NCBI GenBank assembly: GCA_963605025.1
Contig: CAVCSZ010000004.1
Location: 5,847 to 69,846 of the forward strand
Source of the DNA: a bacterium
Lineage (GTDB): Bacteria; Bacillota_I; Bacilli_A; RFN20; CAG-826
Reading direction: 5' to 3'
DNA: 64,000 bases
Shown: positions 28,770 through 38,333 of the stretch, piece by piece
Layout: every line of letters begins with the position of its first letter
Numbering within the stretch: position 1 is the first letter of the stretch
Notes under the pieces: generated by a model
The model's input: only the letters and a program-made list of their open reading frames with translations
Told to the model about the DNA's origin: nothing
Database searches by the model: none
Made by a program: the position numbers and the translations under genes

Positions 28770-29879
28770 TTAAAATGTTTTTGCTCTTAAATTTTTAACA
28801 ATATTTTTAATATTATCTTCATTAATTAAATTATAAATATCATCCATAACATTAAATTCTTCATTTTCTAAATAAAAATATAAAGAATTAATAATTTTAT
28901 CTTCAAAAGTTTGAGATTTTTTATAATTATTTTTATTAAATCCTTCTTTATATTCAATTAATAAAGTAATTAACATTCTTCTTAAATAACAAATTAAACT
29001 ATCTTCAATCCAATAATAATATTTAGTGTTTTCTAATTCATTCTTTTTAAAATATAAATAAAATTTTAATCCATCCATTTGATTATGCCATAAATCAATA
29101 AAAACATTATCGTATTCGTTATTTTTAATATCTTTATTAAATTCAATCGCGTCTTTATTAATAATTTTAATTTTAGATTTATTTTTAAATTGAGGTAAAA
29201 TAAATTTATTAAAAATATTAATTATATTTTCATCTTTTTCAATAATAGTTATTTCTTTAACTTCATTTTTTAAAGATAACATATAAGGAAAATATCCTAA
29301 ACCTAATCCATAAATTAAACATTTTCCATTCATTAAAGATATATAATTTTTCATTGTATTAATTTCATGTGGTGAAATTAACATCCATGTTTCATCATCT
29401 TTATCTAAGCTTATTAATTTAAATTCATCTTTAAAATAACCTAAATGATTAATTTCTAAACAATTTTTATTCTTTGAAGTAATATCATCCATTATAAAAC
29501 TTTCATAAGGAAGATAAGATTTATAATATAAATGATATCCATTTTCGTTATATTCATTAATTTTAATATCTTTATAATAAGAATTATTTATATATTCATT
29601 TCTATTTAATTCTTTGATAGATAATAATTCATAATCTTTTAATTTATTAAAAGTTAATTTATCCATTTCTAAATTTAAAGATTCTAAAAAAGATAAATTA
29701 AAAGCTTCATTAGAATCAATATTTTCTTCATTCATTTTAGATTCAATATATTCTTTATTAATATCAAATCTATTTGATAAAAATTCATTAATTAAATCAT
29801 TTACAAATAAATTATCATCATAAGTTTCAATTAATTTAATAAAATCTTTAGATTTTAATATTTCATTAGATATTTTCAT
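28770..29879 (-). CDS. hypothetical protein with spermidine-synthase-like/class I methyltransferase-fold C-terminal half
   Basis: 369 aa. CLIYGLGLGYFPYML (glycine-rich loop), EITIIEKD (acidic residue at the end of beta-2), INKDAIEF and YDNVFIDLW resemble the Rossmann-type MTase/aminopropyltransferase pattern. The N-terminal 160 aa are unassigned. Confidence 0.4.
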   Translation of the reverse strand: MKISNEILKSKDFIKLIETYDDNLFVNDLINEFLSNRFDINKEYIESKMNEENIDSNEAFNLSFLESLNLEMDKLTFNKLKDYELLSIKELNRNEYINNSYYKDIKINEYNENGYHLYYKSYLPYESFIMDDITSKNKNCLEINHLGYFKDEFKLISLDKDDETWMLISPHEINTMKNYISLMNGKCLIYGLGLGYFPYMLSLKNEVKEITIIEKDENIINIFNKFILPQFKNKSKIKIINKDAIEFNKDIKNNEYDNVFIDLWHNQMDGLKFYLYFKKNELENTKYYYWIEDSLICYLRRMLITLLIEYKEGFNKNNYKKSQTFEDKIINSLYFYLENEEFNVMDDIYNLINEDNIKNIVKNLRAKTF

Positions 29880-29881
29880 AA

Positions 29882-30865
29882 TTAATTCTCCAGAAATTTA
29901 AAAATAATATCATAGACATTCTTATCTTGTTTAGTTAATAATTCATAATCATATGAATTTCCATTGAAATCTTCTTTTTTCATATCATTTAGAAATTTAA
30001 TTAAGTATTTTTCACTATTAACTTCTAATTGTAAAGAATGTCCTTTATTTTTTAAAACAATGTTATTTAAATTAGGATAATTTAATTTAGAATAAATATT
30101 ACTACTTTGAGAAGGAAAAACTACTTTATCATTTTCTCCATTTATTAATAAATATTCAATATTTTTATTTCTTTTAATAGTTTTTTTAGATACAAAATTA
30201 ATATATTTTTTAAATTTAAATAAATTAATTATATAGAAAAATACTCTACATAATTTAATTATTAATAAATTACCTTTAGAAGGATAATTTGCAGAATTAA
30301 AAGAAGATAATGCTACTACTTTTTTAGCATCTTTAATAATATTTGAAGAATTAATAGCGTTAAATCCACCCCAAGAATGACCTACTAAATAAATATCTTT
30401 ATTTTGATATTCTTTTAAAGTTTTAAAATATTTATAGAAATTTTCAGTTTCATTAAAAACTTCTAATAATCCTTTAATTGATTTTCCTTCTGATAATTCA
30501 CAACCTAAATTATCATATGCAAAAACTAAATATCCTTTATTTACAAATTCAATTATTTCATGCATATAATTTTCATGACCTCCACCAAAACCATGAAAAA
30601 ATATGATAATTTTATTATTTAATTTTTCTTTATCTTTTAAAGAATAAATTCTTCCTTTAATAAGAGAATCTGAAGAATTAAATTCAAAATCTTTATGATC
30701 TAAAAAATCAAAATCATTATAATTAAAAATTTTAATATCTTTTCTATTATCACATCTAGAATTATATATTTTTGAACATATAACTTCAGAAATAATAAAT
30801 AAAATTAAAATAATTAATAATAAAACACTTACAATAATAATTAATAACAATATTTCAAAATTCAT
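29882..30865 (-). CDS. membrane-anchored alpha/beta hydrolase
   Basis: N-terminal TM helix, FHGFGGG oxyanion region, nucleophile elbow GHSWGG, then late GENDKVV and GHS motifs. Architecture resembles ORF 1880..2806. Confidence 0.75.
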   Translation of the reverse strand: MNFEILLLIIIVSVLLLIILILFIISEVICSKIYNSRCDNRKDIKIFNYNDFDFLDHKDFEFNSSDSLIKGRIYSLKDKEKLNNKIIIFFHGFGGGHENYMHEIIEFVNKGYLVFAYDNLGCELSEGKSIKGLLEVFNETENFYKYFKTLKEYQNKDIYLVGHSWGGFNAINSSNIIKDAKKVVALSSFNSANYPSKGNLLIIKLCRVFFYIINLFKFKKYINFVSKKTIKRNKNIEYLLINGENDKVVFPSQSSNIYSKLNYPNLNNIVLKNKGHSLQLEVNSEKYLIKFLNDMKKEDFNGNSYDYELLTKQDKNVYDIIFKFLEN

Positions 30866-30921
30866 ATAAATATTTTAGTACATTATTTAATCTTTTTAAA
30901 TATTTATAATATAATAAAAAT

Positions 30922-31191
30922 ATGGAAAAATTTGAGTATATAAATAATAAAATTATTTTAAAAAATGAAAAAAATAAAGAGATAGGTTATGTTTTATTTA
31001 ATTTAGAAAATAATATATTTACTATTATTTCTACTTTTGTTAATGATGAATTTAAAGGTAAAGGATACGCTAAAAAGTTAATGAATGAAACTGAAAGATA
31101 TGTTAAAGAATATAATTATAAATTAAAATTAGAATGTTCATATTCTATTAAATATTTTTCTAATGTTAATGATATTGAAATCATTAAATAA
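30922..31191 (+). CDS. small GNAT-family N-acetyltransferase (YjdJ-like single domain)
   Basis: 89 aa. The VNDEFKGKGYAKKLM block matches the GNAT acetyl-CoA-binding Q/R-x-x-G-x-G/A motif. Confidence 0.65.
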   Translation: MEKFEYINNKIILKNEKNKEIGYVLFNLENNIFTIISTFVNDEFKGKGYAKKLMNETERYVKEYNYKLKLECSYSIKYFSNVNDIEIIK

Positions 31192-31260
31192 TTTAAATTT
31201 TACTTGATAGTATAATAAAATGTTTATATTATATTGATTATATTAGGAGATTTTTTAAAA

Positions 31261-32373
31261 GTGGACGACCCGAGTTTTACGATATTAGATAAAGTTACAA
31301 ATAACAATACAGTTTATGGAATGCCTGAATATGTTGTTTGGATATTGATTGCAATTATGTTAATTATTAGTGGACTTTTTAGTGCTAGTGAAAATACATA
31401 TTCAAATTGTAATAAATATCATTTTATAACTTTATCAAAAGAAGGATCTTTTACTAGTAAATTAATCCTTAAATTAATTGAAAAATTTGATAATACATTA
31501 ATTACTATATTAGTAGGAAATAATATAGTACAAACTTTAATGTCCTTTTTATCTGCGATGTTATTTTATAATATGTCTATTAATTTTGGATGGGCAGATG
31601 GTGTAGAAGCTATTGTTTCTACTGTTGTTATGGGTGCATTAGTGTATTTAGTAAGTGATACATGTCCTAAAATATTAAGTAAAGCTATTCCAAATAAAAT
31701 GGCATATGTTTTAGTGTATCCAGTTACTTTTACATATTATTTATTATTTCCAATTATATATTTATTTAAAGGTATATTAATTTTAGTATATAAATTATTT
31801 AAAATTAAAGATGAAAATTTATTATCAAAAGAAGATATTATTAATCAAGCTAAAATAGCAGTTAATGATGAATCTATTGATGAAGATATAGAAAGTGAAG
31901 AAAAATTATTTGAAAAAAATGAAGAAGAATTAATAGAAAATGCTTTTGATTTTGATAAGAAAAAGATTAAAGATATTTATCTTCCTTTAGAAAAATCAGT
32001 TATGTTAGATATTTCTTCTTTAACTATTAATGAATTAAATGAAAAATTAATAAATATTCCTTATACTAGAATTCCTATTTATGAAAACGATAAAAGAAAT
32101 ATTATAGGTGTTTTAGTATTAAAATCTTATTTTGAAGAATATGTTAAAGATAATCATTTAAATGTTAATTCTATTTTAGAAGATAAAGTAGAAATAGATA
32201 TTAATACTCCTTTAGATGATGCTTTTAAAATATTAAATGTTGAAAAAGTACATTTAGGTATTGTAAAAGATGGAGAAAATACTTTAGGTATTGTTACAAT
32301 GGAAGATATTTTAGAAGAATTAATTGAAGATATTGATGAATCTAAAAATATTAAAACTAAGGAGAATAATTAA
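31261..32373 (+). CDS. CNNM/DUF21 transmembrane protein with CBS pair (hemolysin TlyC/CorB family)
   Basis: N-terminal 4-TM DUF21-like region, then two CBS repeats (IPIYENDKRNIIGVL..., LGIVTMEDILEELIE). I prefer GTG at 31261, 11 nt after AGGAG at 31245-31249, to the track's TTG at 31234, which has no RBS. Confidence 0.78.
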   Translation: MDDPSFTILDKVTNNNTVYGMPEYVVWILIAIMLIISGLFSASENTYSNCNKYHFITLSKEGSFTSKLILKLIEKFDNTLITILVGNNIVQTLMSFLSAMLFYNMSINFGWADGVEAIVSTVVMGALVYLVSDTCPKILSKAIPNKMAYVLVYPVTFTYYLLFPIIYLFKGILILVYKLFKIKDENLLSKEDIINQAKIAVNDESIDEDIESEEKLFEKNEEELIENAFDFDKKKIKDIYLPLEKSVMLDISSLTINELNEKLINIPYTRIPIYENDKRNIIGVLVLKSYFEEYVKDNHLNVNSILEDKVEIDINTPLDDAFKILNVEKVHLGIVKDGENTLGIVTMEDILEELIEDIDESKNIKTKENN

Positions 32374-32375
32374 TT

Positions 32376-33722
32376 ATGAAACAATTTATTGTTATTCTTT
32401 ATAGTATTATTATTATAGTTTTATTATTTTTATCATTTATTTTTTCTTCTAGTGATATGGCTTTTGGAAGTGTAGATATTACAAGATTTGAAAGAGATTT
32501 AGATAAAAATAATAAAAGATCATTTAAAAATGCATATAAATTATCTAAAAATTATGATTCTACTATTTCTACAATTTTACTTTTAAATGATACGATTAAT
32601 GCAGGACTTGATTCTGTTTCTACTTTACTTGGTGTTAATTTAGCTATTTTAATAATAAATGCAGATCCAAGTGGAAATGAAGCAGAAACTTGGGGTTTAG
32701 TAGCTTCTTTAATTTGTCTTGTAGTTAAAATTACTTTTGGAGAAATTATCGCTAAATCAATTGGTAAAATTTATAATTTTAAATTAACTAATTTATATTC
32801 TAATATGCTTAATTTCTTTAATTATTTATTATTACCTATTACTTTCTTTGTATCAGGGTTTGCTAAAATTATAACTTATCCAGTAACTAAATTTGTTAAA
32901 GATGGTGAAGTTTTAGATGATGATTTACATGAAATGATTGATGATATTGAAAAACAAGGTGAAGTAGATGAAGAAAAAGCAGATTTATTACATGGCGCAA
33001 TAACTTATACTACTACTGAAGCTTATGAAATAATGACTCCAAGAGTAGAATTATATGCTTTTGATATTGAAGATGATATTGAAAAAATTATTAATGATCC
33101 TAAAACTTATCGTTATACTAGACTTCCAGTTTATGAAGGAACAATTGATAATATTATAGGATATGTAAATACTAGAAATTTAATTCAATTAAAATTAGCA
33201 AATAAAGATATTGATATTAAATCTATTTTAATGCAACCTTTAAAATTCCCTCGTTCTATTGAAATTAATGAAATTTTAAAAACATTTAAAAAAGAAAAAC
33301 AACATTTTGCATTAATTCTTGATGAATATGGAGGTCTTGAAGGTATTGTTACAATGGAAGATATCTTAGAAGAAATTGTTGGAGATATTTGGGATGAAAA
33401 TGATGATCCAAATGCTTTAATTAGTGAATCAAGTGATGGAAGTTATATTATTGATGGCAAATTAAATTTAGAAGATTTCTGTGAATTATTAGATTTAAAT
33501 TATGATGATATTAATACTGAATATGTTTCAATTGGTGGATTTATTATTGAACTTTTAGGAGATAGATTTGCAAAAATTGGAGATTTAATAAATTATAAAA
33601 ATATTGAAATGAAAATTATTGCAATTGATGATAATAACGCTATTGAAAAGATAAGAGTTAATAAAATAAATGAAGAAGAAAAAGATGATAATCATGATCT
33701 TCCTAAAATAATAGATAAATAA
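32376..33722 (+). CDS. CNNM/DUF21-CBS-CorC_HlyC family protein (hemolysin/Mg-Co efflux-like)
   Basis: 448 aa. DUF21 TM region, CBS pair (MTPRVELYAF..., LPVYEG..DNIIGYV, GIVTMEDILEEIVGDI) and a C-terminal CorC/HlyC transporter-associated domain. Tandem paralogue of the preceding gene. Confidence 0.85.
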   Translation: MKQFIVILYSIIIIVLLFLSFIFSSSDMAFGSVDITRFERDLDKNNKRSFKNAYKLSKNYDSTISTILLLNDTINAGLDSVSTLLGVNLAILIINADPSGNEAETWGLVASLICLVVKITFGEIIAKSIGKIYNFKLTNLYSNMLNFFNYLLLPITFFVSGFAKIITYPVTKFVKDGEVLDDDLHEMIDDIEKQGEVDEEKADLLHGAITYTTTEAYEIMTPRVELYAFDIEDDIEKIINDPKTYRYTRLPVYEGTIDNIIGYVNTRNLIQLKLANKDIDIKSILMQPLKFPRSIEINEILKTFKKEKQHFALILDEYGGLEGIVTMEDILEEIVGDIWDENDDPNALISESSDGSYIIDGKLNLEDFCELLDLNYDDINTEYVSIGGFIIELLGDRFAKIGDLINYKNIEMKIIAIDDNNAIEKIRVNKINEEEKDDNHDLPKIIDK

Positions 33723-33785
33723 AACTATAATCTTTAAAAATTACTCCTTAATGTTTAAAATAATATTATATTAGGGAGTTTTTTT

Positions 33786-35201
33786 ATGGAAAATAATTCA
33801 AATGAAATATCATTAAAACTCAATTATAAAAGAACTATGATTATAGGTTTTGCTTTTTTTGGTATTCTTTTATTATGGCAAGTTTATGATTCATGGTGTC
33901 CTACTTTTTTAACTCAATTATTTAAAGAAAGTTTAGGATCTAATAACGCTACTGAAGTTCAATATTTAGTAGGCATTGTTATGGCATTAGATAATTTAGC
34001 AGCTTTAATAATGCTTCCTATATTTGGACATTTAAGTGATAAAACACATACTAAAATTGGAAAAAGAATGCCTTATATTTTAATTGGTACTTTAGTATGT
34101 TCAATTGCTTTTCCATTTATTCCTGTAGCTTTTCATTATAATAATTTAGTAGGTACAATAATTACAATGGGAATTGTAGTATTTTTTGCAATGATGTATA
34201 GAAATCCTGCAGTTAGTTTAATGCCTGATATTACTCCAAAACCATTAAGAAGTAAAGCTAATGGTATTATTAATATTATGGGTTATATAGGAGGAGCATT
34301 TGCTACTTTATTAGGGCTTGTTTTTGTACTTTCAAATTATTTAGGAACTGGTAAAAATGGTTTTATAGAAGGAATTACTAATAATATTTGGATTATTGAA
34401 TTACCTTTTTTAATTGCTTCTATTTTAATGATTATTAGTTGTTTAATTTTATTTTTTACAATAAAAGAAAATAAATTAGAAAAAGAATTAAAACCTGAAT
34501 TAGAATTAGGTGAAAAATTAAAAGAAGTTGATGGTTCAATTGCAGATGATAATCAAAAATTATCTAAAACTAATTTAATAATGCTTATATTAATATTAGT
34601 ATCAGAATTTTTCTGGTTTATGGCAGATAATGGAATTGGTACTTTTATGAATAATTATACAATTTATCATTTAGGTGCTAGTAGTGCTTCAAATATGATA
34701 AATGTTATTGTAGGTGGTGTAGGAAGTGTTATAGGATTTGCTATTGGTGGAATTATAGCAAGTAAAATAGGAAGAAAATGGACAGTTGTAGGTGGATTAA
34801 TTTTAACTACTTTATCTTTATTATTATGGACAGTTTGTTCTTTTATTTTTATTCCTGATGGAAATTTCCCAATTTATATTTATATAGTTTGGTTTTTTAA
34901 AGGATTAGGAATGTCATTAGTTCATGTTAATTCTTTTCCAATGGTAGTAGAATTATGCACTTCTAAGAAAATAGGAAAATTTACAGGTTATTATTATGCT
35001 GCAAGTATGTCTGCTCAAACTATTACTCCTATTTTATTAGGTTTATTAATGTTAAATGATAATTTTGATTTTGGAATACTTCCTATTTATGCATTAATTT
35101 GTGTAACTATTTCATTAGTAATATTTATATTTATAAAAAATGTTAAAACTACAAAAACTAAATTTAAAAAAGGTTTAGAATCATTAGATCAAGATGATTA
35201 A
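33786..35201 (+). CDS. MFS transporter (glycoside/cation symporter-like, GPH/SLC45-like)
   Basis: 471 aa with about 12 TM helices. The loop motif GHLSDKTHTKIGKRMPYILIG resembles the D-x-x-x-x-x-GRRRP motif of GPH/SLC45 sugar transporters. Confidence 0.75.
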   Translation: MENNSNEISLKLNYKRTMIIGFAFFGILLLWQVYDSWCPTFLTQLFKESLGSNNATEVQYLVGIVMALDNLAALIMLPIFGHLSDKTHTKIGKRMPYILIGTLVCSIAFPFIPVAFHYNNLVGTIITMGIVVFFAMMYRNPAVSLMPDITPKPLRSKANGIINIMGYIGGAFATLLGLVFVLSNYLGTGKNGFIEGITNNIWIIELPFLIASILMIISCLILFFTIKENKLEKELKPELELGEKLKEVDGSIADDNQKLSKTNLIMLILILVSEFFWFMADNGIGTFMNNYTIYHLGASSASNMINVIVGGVGSVIGFAIGGIIASKIGRKWTVVGGLILTTLSLLLWTVCSFIFIPDGNFPIYIYIVWFFKGLGMSLVHVNSFPMVVELCTSKKIGKFTGYYYAASMSAQTITPILLGLLMLNDNFDFGILPIYALICVTISLVIFIFIKNVKTTKTKFKKGLESLDQDD

Positions 35202-35207
35202 AATATT

Positions 35208-35240
35208 AAAAATTCTCTTAGTTAATCTAAGAGAATTTTT
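35208..35240. terminator. bidirectional rho-independent terminator
   Basis: AAAAATTCTCTTAG-TTAAT-CTAAGAGAATTTTT perfect 14-bp inverted repeat between convergent genes. Confidence 0.8.
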
Positions 35241-35242
35241 AA

Positions 35243-35965
35243 TTATTTATAAAGTTCTTTAATATCATTAGGATTAATATGTTCAAAAGTTAAGGTAGAT
35301 ACTTTATTTTTTAAATCTTGATATTTTTCAATATTCCTAATTGTCCAAATATTTACAATATTTCCTTTTTTAATATAATTTTTAATTCTATTATCGTTTA
35401 ATAATTCAGGATCAATATCGATATAATCAAACATATTTCTAAATATAACTACATCTTTTCTTTGATGAGTTAATAATAATCCTTTTTTATAAACTGTATT
35501 TTTTAAAAAATATAAACTACGTGGATCAAAAGAAATAAAAGTTATTTTCTTTTTATCTTTAATATTTTTAACTTCTTCTAAAGCTTTTAAAGATAATTTT
35601 TTCCAGTTTTTACGTGGTTTTAATTCAATTACAATTGTTTTTCTTTCATTATTTAAAGTTAATACTTCTTTTAAAGTAGGAACTTCTTCTCCATCTAATA
35701 ATTTATAATTTTCTTTAATTTCTTTTAAAGTTAATTCTTCAATTATTCCTGATTTTCCTGTAGTTCTTTTTAAGTCACTATCATGACAAACCACTAATTC
35801 ATTATCTTTTGTTAAATGTATATCTAATTCAAAAGAAAAATCATTATCAATTGCGTTTTTAAAAGCATTTAAACCATTTTCAGTATAAATATCATTATGT
35901 AAACCACGATGTGCTATACCATTAAAAAAATCTTCATAGAAATCTTCTTTTTTAGTTTTATTCAT
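35243..35965 (-). CDS. glpQ: glycerophosphodiester phosphodiesterase
   Basis: 240 aa. IAHRG...ENGLNAF..AI.....FELDIHLTKD..LVVCHD catalytic His/Glu/Asp pattern of the GDPD family. Confidence 0.85.
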   Translation of the reverse strand: MNKTKKEDFYEDFFNGIAHRGLHNDIYTENGLNAFKNAIDNDFSFELDIHLTKDNELVVCHDSDLKRTTGKSGIIEELTLKEIKENYKLLDGEEVPTLKEVLTLNNERKTIVIELKPRKNWKKLSLKALEEVKNIKDKKKITFISFDPRSLYFLKNTVYKKGLLLTHQRKDVVIFRNMFDYIDIDPELLNDNRIKNYIKKGNIVNIWTIRNIEKYQDLKNKVSTLTFEHINPNDIKELYK

Positions 35966-36011
35966 AATTAAACCTCAATATTATTTTAATATTTTTAAAT
36001 ATAAAATTGTA

Positions 36012-36037
36012 TAAAAAAAAGAATCCTTTCGGATTCA
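36012..36037 (-). terminator. rho-independent terminator after the tRNA-Asp/tRNA-Phe unit
   Basis: GAATCC-TTTC-GGATTC hairpin (36021-36036) followed by TTTTTTTT on the minus strand. Confidence 0.65.
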
Positions 36038-36051
36038 TATTTTTAAATTAA

Positions 36052-36127
<76 letters not shown>

Positions 36128-36142
36128 AATTAAGTCGAATTT

Positions 36143-36218
36143 TGGCGGACCAGACGAGAATCGAACTCGCGATCTCCACTGTGACAGAGTGGCATGTTAA
36201 CCGCTACACCACTGGTCC
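36143..36218 (-). tRNA. tRNA-Asp (anticodon GUC)
   Basis: Reverse complement GGACCAGTGGTGTAGCGGTTAACATGCCACTCTGTCACAGTGGAGATCGCGAGTTCGATTCTCGTCTGGTCCGCCA. Acceptor GGACCAG/CTGGTCC, anticodon loop CT-GTC-AC, encoded CCA, 76 nt. Confidence 0.92.
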
Positions 36219-36235
36219 ATTTCGCTTAATGCTTT

Positions 36236-36263
36236 ATTATATTATCATATCTTAAAGCATCAA
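36236..36263 (-). promoter_or_regulatory. putative promoter of the tRNA-Asp/tRNA-Phe unit
   Basis: Minus strand reads TTGATG-16 nt-TATAAT (-35 at 36258-36263, -10 at 36236-36241), about 18 nt upstream of the tRNA-Asp 5' end. Confidence 0.5.
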
Positions 36264-36294
36264 GCAACATTTTTTTAATTTTTTTTAAATATTT

Positions 36295-37545
36295 TTACTT
36301 AAGAACACCTAAATAATAATTTTTCTTTCCTCTTTTAATTACTAAATATTTATTATATAAAGCTAATGAAGAATCGATTAATTTAGTAGTTTCAGTAATT
36401 TTATCACCATTAATTGAAACTGCACCATTATTAATAAATTCTCTTGCTTCTCTTTTACTAGATGCAGCTTTAATATTAATTAATAAATCTTCTAAAGTCA
36501 TTGGAGTTACTTCAACTTTTAAATTACCAAATAATTCATTGATTGCATTTTCTGATAAATTTTTAAAATCTCCAGAGAATAAAGCTTCACTCATTTTCTT
36601 AGCTTCATTTGCAGCTTCTTCTCCATGAACTATTTTTGTAACTTCATATGCTAAAACTTTTTGACCAACTCTAGCACCTAATGAAGCTAAATGTTCTTTT
36701 TCAATTTTAGTAATTTCTTCTTTTGATAAGAAAGTAAAAACTTTTAAATATTTAATAGCGTCTTCATCACTTTGATTAATAAAGAATTGATAAAGTTTGT
36801 ATGGAGAAGTTAAATTAGGATCTAAAAATAAAGCTCCATCTTCACTTTTACCAAATTTCTTACCATCACTTCTAGTAATTAAATGACCAGTCATACATTC
36901 AACTTCAGCATCACTTCCTTCAACTTTATGAATAAAATCAAGTCCTGCTGTTAAATTTCCCCATTGGTCACTTCCACCAATTTGAATATGACAATTTTCT
37001 GTTTTATATAAATGATGGAAATCTAATGATTGTAATGTAATGTAAGAAAATTCAGTTAATGAAATTCCACTTTCAAGTCTACTTGAAACAATATCTTTAC
37101 TTAACATGTATGAAACATTGAAAAATTTAGCGTAATCTCTTAACCAATCAAGTAAACTTAAATTTGAAATCCAGTCATAATTGTTTAATAAAATTCCTTT
37201 TGAAGGATCTTCTAAATCAATATATTTACTTAATTGTTTTCTTAAAGCTTCAGTATTTGCTTTTACTCTTTCTACAGTTTGTAAATTTCTTTCTTTACTT
37301 TTTCCACTAGGATCACCAATCATTCCAGTAGCACCACCTACTAAAGCAATAATTCTATGACCAGCTTTTTGAAGTCTCATTAATGTTGCAATCATTACAA
37401 AGTTACCAATATGCATACTTGATGCACTTGGATCAAATCCACAATAAATTGTTTGTTTAGTATTAAACATTTCGTGAACTTTTTCTTCATTTGAATAATC
37501 TTTTATTAATCCTCTCCAATTTAAATCATCTATAATATTTTCCAT
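36295..37545 (-). CDS. tyrS: tyrosine--tRNA ligase
   Basis: 416 aa. Class I HIGH variant (SMHIGN), KMSKS variant (KFGKS), and a C-terminal S4-like domain (REAREFINNGAVSINGDKI). Confidence 0.95.
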   Translation of the reverse strand: MENIIDDLNWRGLIKDYSNEEKVHEMFNTKQTIYCGFDPSASSMHIGNFVMIATLMRLQKAGHRIIALVGGATGMIGDPSGKSKERNLQTVERVKANTEALRKQLSKYIDLEDPSKGILLNNYDWISNLSLLDWLRDYAKFFNVSYMLSKDIVSSRLESGISLTEFSYITLQSLDFHHLYKTENCHIQIGGSDQWGNLTAGLDFIHKVEGSDAEVECMTGHLITRSDGKKFGKSEDGALFLDPNLTSPYKLYQFFINQSDEDAIKYLKVFTFLSKEEITKIEKEHLASLGARVGQKVLAYEVTKIVHGEEAANEAKKMSEALFSGDFKNLSENAINELFGNLKVEVTPMTLEDLLINIKAASSKREAREFINNGAVSINGDKITETTKLIDSSLALYNKYLVIKRGKKNYYLGVLK

Positions 37546-37559
37546 ATTTCCTCTCTAAA

Positions 37560-38270
37560 TTAATCTCTATATTTTATGTATGTTTGACGACCGTTTTCGC
37601 CATTTTGAACAATTGCTACAATATCATTTTTATTAACAACTTCTGTAGAATCATCTTCAAATCTAACTAAAATATCGTCTTCATCAACTTTATCTTCAAA
37701 TTTACCAATTAAGAATTTTTTATTGTTTAATCTTAATTTATCACCTTTATGTAATCCATAATTAACGATTGATGTAACAGGGATTCCAAGTTTTTTATAA
37801 CCTTGTAAAGATCTTAATTCAATAACAAATAAACCTAAAATTGGAATACCACCAGCTTCTAAAACTAAATCTACCATTGCCTTAGCACTTCCACCTGTTG
37901 CAATTAAATCATCTAAAATAATAACTCTATCTCCAGGTTTAATTGCGTCCTTAGGAATTTCAATTGTAGCTTCTCCATATTCTAATTTATAAGATTTACG
38001 ATAACCAACAAGTGGTAATTTACCTGCTTTACGTGCTAAAACTAATCCTTTATTATTCATTGCACATAAAGGAGCAGCAAAAATAAATCCTCTTGATTCT
38101 GCAGCAATTATTTTATCCCAGTTTTCATAACTTGGTAATTCTTTATTTAAATCCATTATAACTTGATGATAAGCATCACCATTAGCTAATAAAGGTGTAA
38201 TATCTCTAAATTTAATACCTTTAATTGGATAATCAACAATAGTTCTTATATAAGTTTCATAAACATCCAT
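37560..38270 (-). CDS. apt: adenine phosphoribosyltransferase with an extra C-terminal domain of about 65 aa
   Basis: Apt core: DYPIKGIKFRDITPLL, AAESRGFIFAAPL, PRPP loop VIILDDLIATGGSA. I prefer ATG at 38270 (MDVYETY..., RBS AGGAGA 6 nt upstream) over the track start at 38333. After the usual Apt end, a tail of about 65 aa follows (HKGDKLRLNNKKFLIGKFEDKVDEDDILVRFEDDSTEVVNKNDIVAIVQNGENGRQTYIKYRD). Confidence 0.85.
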   Translation of the reverse strand: MDVYETYIRTIVDYPIKGIKFRDITPLLANGDAYHQVIMDLNKELPSYENWDKIIAAESRGFIFAAPLCAMNNKGLVLARKAGKLPLVGYRKSYKLEYGEATIEIPKDAIKPGDRVIILDDLIATGGSAKAMVDLVLEAGGIPILGLFVIELRSLQGYKKLGIPVTSIVNYGLHKGDKLRLNNKKFLIGKFEDKVDEDDILVRFEDDSTEVVNKNDIVAIVQNGENGRQTYIKYRD

Positions 38271-38333
38271 AAAATTCTCCTTAAAAGACTTATAAATTAT
38301 AAAATATTTAAGATAATTTTTAAACTTAAACAA

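Noticed and set aside
37546-37559. T-box or other leader upstream of tyrS
   Set aside because: Only 14 nt separate the apt stop from the tyrS ATG, so there is no room for a riboswitch. tyrS is evidently co-transcribed with apt.
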